The notes under the pieces were generated by a model. That model was not told the DNA's origin, made no database searches, and saw nothing but the letters and a program-made list of their open reading frames with translations. Positions 55,793-64,000 of a stretch of DNA of 64,000 nt are shown one piece after another. The DNA comes from an uncultured Gemmatimonadales bacterium (lineage in GTDB: Bacteria; Gemmatimonadota; Gemmatimonadetes; Gemmatimonadales; GWC2-71-9): NCBI GenBank assembly GCA_963842945.1, contig CAWJIM010000002.1, positions 32,001 to 96,000 of the forward strand, read 5' to 3'. The translations under genes were made by a program, and so were the position numbers. How positions within the stretch are numbered: position 1 is the first letter of the stretch; each line of letters begins with the position of its first letter.

Positions 55793-56822
55793 GATAGCTC
55801 TCCAGCTCTTCTGCCAGGATTTCCGCTGCTTGTCTCAAGCGCTCAACCTCGGGCGCGAGCGCCTCTTCCGCAGGCGTCCGCGTGCCCAGGCGGGACCAGC
55901 TCTTCCAGGTCTCCGCTGCGCCACGAAAACGTCCGAGGGCCGCCTGACACAGACCCATCAGGCGTCGCGCCTCCGGCATCAGCGGATCCGCCCGAAGAAC
56001 CTCCTGGACCGCCTGGGCAGCCTTTTCGAATTGTCCCTTGGCCAATGCTTCACGCACGGGGAGAAGCGGCGTGTTGTGGTCCTTGCCGTTTTGCCCCGCT
56101 GATCCGGCATCCAGTACTACCACTCCTGCTTCAGCCAGGGTGTAGATGGTGCGGGCCACATCGAACTCGGACTTGCCCAAGAGGTCGGCCAGCGTTTGGA
56201 GGTCCCGCAAGCCGTCGACCGCCGCCAGCACTTCCCATTGGAACGGAAGCAGATCCAGCTTGCCCTTTGCCGCTGAATCCGGTGGTGGCAGCTTGGGCAC
56301 GACCCGCAGGTGAGGCAGCTTGTCTTCCATCCGGGACCACTCGTCCGAGCGCCGGGCGGATTCCATCAGCAGCCCTTCGGTCGGGATCCGGAGTGGGGCC
56401 TCGACCAACGCCTCCGATTCGGCCGATTCCTCGAAGCGGAAGTGTCCCTCGGTCCAGCCCAGCAGGTCGAGGATCGTTTCCTCGATCTGAGCCTTCAATT
56501 GTCGGTCGAGCTCCCGGCGGTTGATCGCGCCATTCGCCACCAGGATGTCCCCCAGACGGCGGGTATCTCCCTTCTCCTGCTGGACGAGTGCCCGATCCAG
56601 ATCCTTTGCCGAGATCTTGCCGAGGCGCACCAGCCGAGTCCCGAAGCGCTGCGGGTTCTTTCCCATGCTGGCTGCGACAACGCCGCCCCGGTCGAACGTG
56701 ACCGATGCCGCGGTCTGGCGCAGCTCGGAGGTGACGCGCAAGACCCCGTTCTTCCGGCCCAAATCGAGCAGCTGAAAGACGTCCTGGATATGGAATTCCT
56801 TCAGCGGACCTTCGAGCGCCAT
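55785..56822 (-). CDS. DUF4388 (PATAN) + MshEN-like + TPR protein
   Basis: MALEGPLKEFHIQDVFQLL..RKNGVL, LLGWTEGHFRF and LLMESARRSDEW; C-terminal TPR. Confidence 0.88.
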   Translation of the reverse strand: MALEGPLKEFHIQDVFQLLDLGRKNGVLRVTSELRQTAASVTFDRGGVVAASMGKNPQRFGTRLVRLGKISAKDLDRALVQQEKGDTRRLGDILVANGAINRRELDRQLKAQIEETILDLLGWTEGHFRFEESAESEALVEAPLRIPTEGLLMESARRSDEWSRMEDKLPHLRVVPKLPPPDSAAKGKLDLLPFQWEVLAAVDGLRDLQTLADLLGKSEFDVARTIYTLAEAGVVVLDAGSAGQNGKDHNTPLLPVREALAKGQFEKAAQAVQEVLRADPLMPEARRLMGLCQAALGRFRGAAETWKSWSRLGTRTPAEEALAPEVERLRQAAEILAEELESYRE

Positions 56823-56825
56823 GTC

Positions 56826-59594
56826 TCAGCTTGCCCCGGCAAAGATGTGCTGGAGGTCGCGGGCAGATCGGGCCCGGCTCCGGGCCTCGGTGGCGAAAGG
56901 TCCATCCGGGTCCAGCTCGATTACCCGCTCCCATACTTGAACCGCCTGGTCGAACTGACGTTGGCGGGCAAAGCCGGTACCCTGGTGGTACAGCGCTGCC
57001 GGGTGGTCAGGATCGAAACGGAGCACCCGCGCGAAGGCCTCGAGGGCCTGGACCGTTCGCCCATCCTCTAGCAAGGCGTGGCCCAGCGCCGTCAGCGCCT
57101 CCAGCTCATAAGGATCGGCTTCCAGGACCTGGACCAACACTGGAATGGCGGCCTGGGCCGATTCCGTCCGGCGAATGAGGTCGGCCAGCGGGAGTGCGGC
57201 CGGGGCGTAGGTGGGCAGCAGGTCGAGCGCCCGCTCGTAGGCGGCCCGGGCGGAGGTCCAGTTATGCTGTTCCTCCTCCAGCCCGCCCAGCTCGCACCAG
57301 ACTCGAACCAGAGAAGGATCCAGTTGAAGCGCCGATTGGAAGGCGGTGAGCGCACCGGTCCTATCACCCAGTCGGGCCGAGGCTTGGGCCTGGAGATGAA
57401 AGAGGTCGGCTTGACCGGGCGCGATCGACTGCGCCTTCCGAACTGTCTCGAGCGCACCGGCGGCATCGCCGACGGCAAGTCTCACCCGGGCCCTGGTTCC
57501 CAGAACAGCCGGATCGGCCGGGGCTCGTGACGCGAGCTCATCAGCCAGGGGAGCGGCCTCGGCGCCGCGACCCAGCGACAGTAGCGCCCTGATTTCTCCG
57601 AGCAGCGCCCCGGTGTGCGCTTTAGCAAGAATCCGCGCCTCGCGGTAGCGCTCCAGCGCCTCGCCATAAAGGCCACGGCGAGCGAAGATGTCGCCCAGAA
57701 GCACCGTGGTAGGCGCGGTAGGGGCACCCCGGGCCATGGCACGATTGAGCTCGCCCGAGGCCTGGTCGAGCAAACCCCTGGCGATGAGATCACGGGCTAC
57801 GTTCAGCGATTCTTCGGCGGGCCCGGCCCGGGGAGTTGGGGTGGTGGCCGGGGCGAGCTCCTCGAACAACCGGTCCAGCACCGGGGACTCGAAGCTGAAT
57901 TCCCCGGCCAGCTCTTCGCCACTCACATCGGCCACCAGCTCGGGTGCGATGGCTATAGTCGGATCTTCGTACTGGAGATCGATGGTCAGCGCAAACTTCT
58001 GCGGGACATAGAGCGGCTCGAGCTCGAGCGCACGCTTGGTCTCCCGCAACGCACCATCGAAGTCGCCCAGCTGACTCAGCACAAAGCTCAGGTTGTAGTG
58101 CGCTGGGGCGAAGTCGCTGTCCAGATCCACCGCCCGCCCAAAGGCGTTGCGGGCGTCCTCGAACCGTTTCATCTCCACCAGCACCAGTCCCACACCGTTC
58201 CAACCGATGGCACTGGCCGGCTGCTCCGCCAGCGCACGCTGGTACTCCTCCAGCGCGGACTTGTACTGCCGCTGCTGAAAGAGCAGCAGAGCCAGGTTGA
58301 GCCGCGCGGTGAGCAGCGGGTGGTCACCAGTGAGTGCTTTGCGGAACGCGCTGACGGCTTTGTCGTTCCCAGTCTCACTGGACCGAATGACGCCTAGATT
58401 GTTCCAGGCCAGCTGATAAGCGGCATCGATGGCGACGGCCTTTTCATAGGAGGCGATGGCCTCCTTCCGTCGGCCCGACTGGTGCAGGCAGACGCCGCGC
58501 TCGTTCCAGAGCTTGGGCGAATCGGCGTGTTCCTTCACGAGGTCGTCGTAGAGCTTCAGCGCCGCGGTGAGGTCGCGCCGCAGAATGTGAACCTCGGCCA
58601 TGGCCTGGAGGTTGAGCCGGCGGTCTTCCCCGGCGTCGAGCGCGAGCTGGTACTCTCGCAATGAATCGTCGTGGTAGCCCTGCTGTCGAAGGGCCAGACC
58701 CAGGTTGTAGTGCGCCAGGAGAGAGCCGGGAACGGAAAGCGGGCCAGCCGGGCGGCCGGGCAGCGGGGCAGATTGCGCCGGGGTCGATTGCGCAGTTTCG
58801 CCCGAACCAGGGTGTGCACGCTGGCTGCGTCTCGAGCCCGACTCTTCCTCACTGCCCCGCCGCCCCACCGCCCCGCTGCCGAGCGCCAGATTCGCCTGCG
58901 CCCGCCCGAGCATGGGGTTCAGCTCGAGAGCCCGCTTGGTTGCCGCGCGAGCGGCCTCGGGCTGACCCAGCTCGCCGTACACGAAGGCGAGCAGATAGTG
59001 CGCTTCGGCGTAGTCCGGATTGCGAGCTACCGCCTCTTTCAGTGAGACCAGCGCCAGTTCGGTCAGGCCCCGATTGTAGAGCACCTCGCCCCGATGAAAC
59101 CGGGCCACCGGATTCTCCGGCTCCTGGTCACAGGCTCGGGCCAGCCAGTCACTCGCTGCGTCGAGCCGGCCTCGCGCCTTTTCCGCCAGTCCGAGCTGGA
59201 GCATGGCGGGGACGTCGTCGGGGTGATTCGCCAGAAGTTGCTGGAACTCGATGATGGCGTCTTCATGGCGGCCCAGCATGGCATAGGCTCGGCCCAATTC
59301 CCAGCGCGATTCGCGAGCCGTGGGGGCGCGTTGGACCCGCTGTTTCAGCTCTCCGATCTTGCGATCGTAGTGCCCGCTCTCCCGATAGGCGATCTCCAGG
59401 TTGGTCTGCGCCACCTGCATTTTGGGATCGAGCTCCAGGGCGCGCGCGAACTCTGCGATCGCTTCCTCGATCAGGCCTTTCTGGTAATACAGGACACCGA
59501 GGTTGTTGTGGGCGCCGGCATCGGAGGGATCGATCCGGGAGGCGAAGGATCGAAGCACGGTGAGATCGCGCTCCGAGAGCGCGGGAGCCGGCAT
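56826..59594 (-). CDS. Large cytoplasmic multi-TPR protein (922 aa)
   Basis: Roughly 20 TPRs (AHNNLG, AHYNLG, AWNNLG); no signal peptide or catalytic domain seen. Confidence 0.9.
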   Translation of the reverse strand: MPAPALSERDLTVLRSFASRIDPSDAGAHNNLGVLYYQKGLIEEAIAEFARALELDPKMQVAQTNLEIAYRESGHYDRKIGELKQRVQRAPTARESRWELGRAYAMLGRHEDAIIEFQQLLANHPDDVPAMLQLGLAEKARGRLDAASDWLARACDQEPENPVARFHRGEVLYNRGLTELALVSLKEAVARNPDYAEAHYLLAFVYGELGQPEAARAATKRALELNPMLGRAQANLALGSGAVGRRGSEEESGSRRSQRAHPGSGETAQSTPAQSAPLPGRPAGPLSVPGSLLAHYNLGLALRQQGYHDDSLREYQLALDAGEDRRLNLQAMAEVHILRRDLTAALKLYDDLVKEHADSPKLWNERGVCLHQSGRRKEAIASYEKAVAIDAAYQLAWNNLGVIRSSETGNDKAVSAFRKALTGDHPLLTARLNLALLLFQQRQYKSALEEYQRALAEQPASAIGWNGVGLVLVEMKRFEDARNAFGRAVDLDSDFAPAHYNLSFVLSQLGDFDGALRETKRALELEPLYVPQKFALTIDLQYEDPTIAIAPELVADVSGEELAGEFSFESPVLDRLFEELAPATTPTPRAGPAEESLNVARDLIARGLLDQASGELNRAMARGAPTAPTTVLLGDIFARRGLYGEALERYREARILAKAHTGALLGEIRALLSLGRGAEAAPLADELASRAPADPAVLGTRARVRLAVGDAAGALETVRKAQSIAPGQADLFHLQAQASARLGDRTGALTAFQSALQLDPSLVRVWCELGGLEEEQHNWTSARAAYERALDLLPTYAPAALPLADLIRRTESAQAAIPVLVQVLEADPYELEALTALGHALLEDGRTVQALEAFARVLRFDPDHPAALYHQGTGFARQRQFDQAVQVWERVIELDPDGPFATEARSRARSARDLQHIFAGAS

Positions 59595-59598
59595 GGCG

Positions 59599-60216
59599 CT
59601 ATGGCAGGCGAATGGCGTCGAAAATGGCCCGCAGCGACGACATATCGGGCAGCAGCAGGAAATGGCCCCCCAGCGTGTCCGCGGCTCCCTCCACTTTGAA
59701 GGTGGTCTCTACGCAAAAGGCGTAGTCCCGCTCATGCCCGAAATTGAGCTGCGCCGTGGTGAGAACCGCTCCACTTAGATCGATGACGAGGCTGGGTACT
59801 GACGGGATCAGCATCATGCCCATGAAATCGCTCAGCGCATTCAGATAGGCGCTGGCGAGGATGTTTCCCGTTTCCTTGAGTCCGGATTGCTCCATCTCGC
59901 CCAGCTCCTTGGTGGTGCCCACGGGCCGACGAAACAGGAAGTCACACACGGTGTAGGCGGACTTCTCGGGAAAGAGCACCAACGCCCGGCCGGTCAGGTC
60001 GCCCATCATATGCATGAGCACCGCGGCAACCACCGCGTCGGCCGCGCCGACCAGGTCACACGCTTCTTCCAGCGGGCGCACAAACACGCGTGGCACGGTG
60101 ATCATGATGGTGCGGTTGGTCATGCCGGAGAGCGCGGTGGCAGCGTGGCCGGCGCCGATATTGGCCACCTCGCGAATGGCGTCGAGCTGTGACTCCTTCA
60201 GGTCACGGACTTCCAT
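59599..60216 (-). CDS. cheC: CheY-P phosphatase CheC
   Basis: Two D/S-x3-E-x2-N sites: DAIREVANIG and SGLKETGNIL. Confidence 0.94.
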   Translation of the reverse strand: MEVRDLKESQLDAIREVANIGAGHAATALSGMTNRTIMITVPRVFVRPLEEACDLVGAADAVVAAVLMHMMGDLTGRALVLFPEKSAYTVCDFLFRRPVGTTKELGEMEQSGLKETGNILASAYLNALSDFMGMMLIPSVPSLVIDLSGAVLTTAQLNFGHERDYAFCVETTFKVEGAADTLGGHFLLLPDMSSLRAIFDAIRLP

Positions 60217-60225
60217 GCGGGCCTC

Positions 60226-62088
60226 CTAGAGGAGCGCCGCTGCGTCGAGGATCAACGCAGGCGCCCCATCGGCGAGAATAGTCGCGCCGCCCACGAACGA
60301 CGGGAGCCCCCGGGGGGCGTCGAACGGCTCGACCACGATGTCTTGTTGCCCTACCAGAGCATCGACTACGAGCGCGGCGCGGCGCTCGCCCACTTCCAGG
60401 ATCACCGTAGGCCGGCGGTTCGACCTAGACCCCGCCCGGGCCGCGATCAGGTCACGCAAGTGAACCGTCGGTATCACCCGGTCCCGTACCACCAATGCCT
60501 CGCGATCGCGCAGCGCCGTCACCATCGCACGGTCGAAGTCCACCGTCTCGGCGACATAGGCCAGCGGCACGGCGTACCGTTCGCCACCGGCCTCGGTCAG
60601 CAATGCGCGGACAATGGCAAGGGTGAGCGGAACGCGGATCAGAAACGTGGTCCCCCGCCCCAGCTCGCTGCGCACCTCGAGGGTTCCGCCGAGCGCACGG
60701 ACCCGGCTCATCGCCACGTCCACACCCACGCCACGACCGGAAACACCACTCACCTGCTGAGCGGTGCTGAATCCCGGTCGCGCCAGCACCCGAACCAGGA
60801 GATCGTCGGGCAGCGTATCCGTCTCGGGCGCCAGCCCCTCGCGTCGAGCCTTGGCCAGGACCTTGTCCCGGTCGATGCCGCGGCCGTCATCCGTGACCCT
60901 GATCGCCACCGTGTTCCGCTCCCGTGAGGCCGAGACCAGAATGCGACCTTCGGCCAGCTTACCGGAGGCCAGCCGCTCGGCGGGAGACTCGAGCCCGTGA
61001 TCCGCCGCGTTCCGGATCAGGTGCACCAGAGGCTCACCGATCTCGTCCAGGATCGACCGGTCCAGCTCGATTTCGTCGCCTTCCGTATCGAAGCGGATCT
61101 GCTTGCCCAGATCCCGCGAAAGGTCACGCACCAGGCGAGGAAACCGCTCGAATACCTCACCTACCGGGGTCATGCGGGAGGCGAGCACCTCGCCCTGCAT
61201 ACTGGAAACGAGGCGGTTGACCCTCTCGCTCACTTCCATGAGGACGGGATCGCGGGACTCCGTGGCTAGTGCACCGAGGCGGTTCTTCGCCACGACCAGC
61301 TCGCCGACCTGCTTCATCAGCAGATCGAGCCGGCGCAGATCCACCCGAATTTGCCGGTTTGCTCCCGGCTGCGAATCCACAGTGGCCGCAACCGCCTCGA
61401 CGATCTCCATGGTCTCCACGTCGCCGACAGCACGCAGCGCGGCGATGATCTCGGGATCGGACGACCGGGTCTGCAGCCGGAAGGAGAAGCGGCCGTCGAA
61501 ATCATCCCGCTCGAATTCGACTAGTGGGGGACGGATCGTGCTCACCGCGCCCAAGGTCTCGGCCCGCCGGAGCACCAGGGCTGCTCGAGCCCCCCGCATG
61601 ACCGCACCAGGACGAATGGTCACCTGAATCGGTCGAGAGCGAGGAGCATCGGTAATGCGCCGGGCCGGAGGTGAAGTCTCCCCTGCCACTGCCGGAGGGT
61701 TGGCGGGGCGATCTGCTTCGGCTGCACGATCCAGCTCAACCAGTAGCGCCGCATCCGGGGCTTCTTCTGCCCCTGCGGCGGCGGCTTCCACGGACTTCCC
61801 CAGCGTGTCAATCGCGCGGAAGAGCAATTGGAAGACTGCCGAGCTGCCCTGCAGGCGGCCCCCCCGAAGCCCATCGAGCAGATTCTCGATCCCATGAGCC
61901 AGCTGGGCCACGGCCGAGTAGCCCATAGTCGCAGCCATGCCCTTGATCGTGTGGATCGCCCGGAAGAGCCGATCCACCGGCTCGAGTGCGGACGGCGCCT
62001 TTTCCCACTCGAGCAAAGAGCTGTTGCAGGCTTTGAGATGCTCGCGGCTTTCCGCAACAAACAGGCTGGCGTACTTGGAGAGGTCCAT
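60226..62088 (-). CDS. cheA: Chemotaxis histidine kinase CheA (Hpt-P2-dimerisation-HATPase-CheW)
   Basis: FRAIHTIKGMA, HLIRNAADHG, DDGRG, SGRGVGVDV and PLTLAI. Confidence 0.97.
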   Translation of the reverse strand: MDLSKYASLFVAESREHLKACNSSLLEWEKAPSALEPVDRLFRAIHTIKGMAATMGYSAVAQLAHGIENLLDGLRGGRLQGSSAVFQLLFRAIDTLGKSVEAAAAGAEEAPDAALLVELDRAAEADRPANPPAVAGETSPPARRITDAPRSRPIQVTIRPGAVMRGARAALVLRRAETLGAVSTIRPPLVEFERDDFDGRFSFRLQTRSSDPEIIAALRAVGDVETMEIVEAVAATVDSQPGANRQIRVDLRRLDLLMKQVGELVVAKNRLGALATESRDPVLMEVSERVNRLVSSMQGEVLASRMTPVGEVFERFPRLVRDLSRDLGKQIRFDTEGDEIELDRSILDEIGEPLVHLIRNAADHGLESPAERLASGKLAEGRILVSASRERNTVAIRVTDDGRGIDRDKVLAKARREGLAPETDTLPDDLLVRVLARPGFSTAQQVSGVSGRGVGVDVAMSRVRALGGTLEVRSELGRGTTFLIRVPLTLAIVRALLTEAGGERYAVPLAYVAETVDFDRAMVTALRDREALVVRDRVIPTVHLRDLIAARAGSRSNRRPTVILEVGERRAALVVDALVGQQDIVVEPFDAPRGLPSFVGGATILADGAPALILDAAALL

Positions 62089-62091
62089 GGA

Positions 62092-62454
62092 TTACGCCAG
62101 GACGCGCTGTACCGCCTCGAGGACACGGGAGGGCTGGAAGGGCTTCACCACGAAATCCTTGGCACCGGCCTGGATCGCTTCGACGACGAGGGCCTGCTGC
62201 CCCATGGCGCTGCACATCAGGATCTTGGCCTCGGGGTCTGACTTGCAGATCTCCCGCACCGCCTCGATGCCGCCCATGTCGGGCATCACGATGTCCATGG
62301 TGACGAGATCGGGCTTGAGCTCGCGATACTTCGCGACCGCCTGTAACCCGGACTCGGCCTCGCCCACTACCTCGAAGCCCGCCTGGCTCAGGATGTCGCT
62401 GATCATCGTGCGCATGAAGATGGCGTCGTCGCAGACGAGCACGGTGTGGTTCAC
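62092..62454 (-). CDS. cheY: CheY response regulator (DifD/Firmicutes-type)
   Basis: DDAIFMR, TMDIVMP, CSAMGQ and DFVVKPF. Confidence 0.95.
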   Translation of the reverse strand: MNHTVLVCDDAIFMRTMISDILSQAGFEVVGEAESGLQAVAKYRELKPDLVTMDIVMPDMGGIEAVREICKSDPEAKILMCSAMGQQALVVEAIQAGAKDFVVKPFQPSRVLEAVQRVLA

Positions 62455-62466
62455 GGAACTCCTCCT

Positions 62467-62904
62467 TTAGCTTCCGATGATCGGCGCGAATACGGCATCA
62501 ACATCGAGCAGAATGAAGTGCCGGTTCGACTCCAGTCCTACCGCCTTGACCAACCGGGGATCGACCCCAGGGAGCTCCTGCCGCTCCACCACGGAGGCAG
62601 CGGGCACTTCGAGGAAATCCAGCACCTGGCCGACCCCAAGCCCGTAAGCCTTCCCTCTGACTTCGAGCACGACAATGGCGCCCTCGTCGGACAGTCGCCG
62701 CTCCTGTTGCAGGAGCATGTGCCCGTCGAGAACTGTCAGCAGGCTTCCTCGAACGTTGACCAGCCCTTCGACTGCGTCCGCCACCCCAGGAATGCGGGTG
62801 GCTGGGAGCCGGGGGAGGATCTCACGCACGATCCCTGCCGGGGCCGCGCAGACAATCTCACCGATTCGAAAAATGACGGCGTGAAGCGCGGAAGAGTTAG
62901 CCAT
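62467..62904 (-). CDS. cheW: CheW-like protein
   Basis: VIFRIG, VREIL, TRIPG and EGLVNVRG; ATG 62904 overlaps the rluD end. Confidence 0.88.
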   Translation of the reverse strand: MANSSALHAVIFRIGEIVCAAPAGIVREILPRLPATRIPGVADAVEGLVNVRGSLLTVLDGHMLLQQERRLSDEGAIVVLEVRGKAYGLGVGQVLDFLEVPAASVVERQELPGVDPRLVKAVGLESNRHFILLDVDAVFAPIIGS

Positions 62905-63904
62905 CTCTATTGAAGAAACGAAGATAGCGGAGCGGGTCTGACCGATCAACCAGTTCTTTGCCACCAGCCAGAGCGAGTGCTGGACGTAAGTCGTCAGGCC
63001 ATTCGGCCGCGAACTCAAGTGGTGCTCCGCTCACAGGATGGCGGAATGCCAGAGCGGCCGCGTGCAGCGCTTGCCGCGGAGTGGTGCGGCCAAGCAGGTC
63101 GGCATTGCGCCGTTGCGCGCCGGAGATCCGCCGGCTCCCGCCTCCGCTGTAGATCGGATCGCCGACCACGGGGTGTCCCACATGCTCCAGATGCACTCTG
63201 ATCTGATGGGTTCGGCCGGTGTGCAGCTCCAGCCGAAGCAGATCGACCACATCGAATCGGGCGACCACGAAGGCGTCGGTGCGGGCGGCGCGGCCGTTGG
63301 CTACGATCGCCATGCGCTTCCGATCCTGGGGGTGCCGCGCCACGGGAGCCTCAATGACCAGAGGGCTGGAGTCGAGGTGTCCCCAGGCCAGGGCGGCATA
63401 GGTCCGGCGAACCCGTCGGGCGGCGATCGCAGCCCCCAGGCGCCGGTGCGCCAGATCAGTCTTCGCCACCAGCATCAAACCCGAGGTGTCACGATCCAGC
63501 CGGTGAACGATGCCGGGCCGGCCCTCGGCGCCTCCGGCCAGGGTTGTTCCCCGCGCGACCAGCGCGTTGACCAGAGTGTCGTCCCAGTGGCCTGGGGCCG
63601 GATGCACCACCAGCCCGGCCGGCTTGTCGATCACTGCCAGGTGCTCGTCTTCGAAGATGATGCTGAGCGGGATTGCGCGAGGCAGGAGCGTCCGCGGGGG
63701 TTCGGACTCAGGAAGGCGCACGGTCACGGTCTCACCCCGGGAGAGCAGCCGGGACGCCCGCGCGATTTTCCCTTCGACGCTGACCCGTTTTCCGGCGATC
63801 AGCCGGGCTGCCTGGGTTCTGGAGAATCCGAGCTGATCGCCGAGGAAGCGATCCAAACGCTCGGTTTGAGAGCTGAGAACAGTGAACGAGATTTCGTCAC
63901 TCAC
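62897..63904 (-). CDS. rluD: RluA/RluD-family pseudouridine synthase
   Basis: S4 domain, KPAGLVVHP, HRLDRDTSG, TGRTHQIRVH and RQALHA; GTG start at 63904. Confidence 0.93.
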   Translation of the reverse strand: MSDEISFTVLSSQTERLDRFLGDQLGFSRTQAARLIAGKRVSVEGKIARASRLLSRGETVTVRLPESEPPRTLLPRAIPLSIIFEDEHLAVIDKPAGLVVHPAPGHWDDTLVNALVARGTTLAGGAEGRPGIVHRLDRDTSGLMLVAKTDLAHRRLGAAIAARRVRRTYAALAWGHLDSSPLVIEAPVARHPQDRKRMAIVANGRAARTDAFVVARFDVVDLLRLELHTGRTHQIRVHLEHVGHPVVGDPIYSGGGSRRISGAQRRNADLLGRTTPRQALHAAALAFRHPVSGAPLEFAAEWPDDLRPALALAGGKELVDRSDPLRYLRFFNRDG

Positions 63905-64000
63905 ACCACCGAAGCCGATTCCGGCTCCGGGCGGTGGGCATCTTCCCGCCACAGCGAGATCGCCAGGGCGATGGCTCCGCAACTGACCGCGATGTCGGCC
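63901..64000 (-). CDS. lspA: Signal peptidase II C-terminus (runs off the right edge)
   Basis: Manual translation ADIAVSCGAIALAISLWREDAHRPEPESASVV*, matching the end of the FNxAD motif; lspA-rluD synteny. Confidence 0.7.
   Translation of the reverse strand, partial: ADIAVSCGAIALAISLWREDAHRPEPESASVV

Noticed and set aside
56826..59594. O-GlcNAc transferase call for the large TPR protein
   Set aside because: The TPRs are OGT-like but no glycosyltransferase catalytic domain follows

Overview
GC-rich bacterial core-genome window, most likely Gemmatimonadota (inferred from gene content and protein style, not from a marker search). Almost all genes are on the minus strand. Left to right: ribD (partial), an outer-membrane protein, purM, a PfkB kinase, argS, a zinc-ribbon protein, a split methylmalonyl-CoA mutase large subunit, fbp, comEC-comFB-miaB, a barrel/lipoprotein pair, cdd, deoB, alr, mazG, asnS, a PQQ beta-propeller, recG, ftsY, an M23 peptidase, a dcw cluster (rsmH to ftsZ, no mraZ), tRNA-Asp, a secreted TPR protein and tRNA-Val. 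The last ~19 kb is one tightly overlapping unit behind lspA-rluD. It holds a Dif/F1-like chemosensory set (3 CheW, CheY, CheA, CheC, CheR, CheD, CheB) with no chemoreceptor. This set is split around an inserted module: a 922-aa TPR scaffold, two DUF4388/PATAN-TPR proteins with tandem MshEN-type c-di-GMP motifs, three Roadblock/MglB proteins, an MglA GTPase, and a protein made of two DnaA-type AAA+ domains with no DNA-binding domain. This hybrid chemosensory / polarity GTPase / DnaA-like ATPase locus is the best candidate for an undescribed system. Many essential genes carry single-base frameshifts, most likely long-read consensus errors. I saw no CRISPR, rRNA, integrase or transposase.
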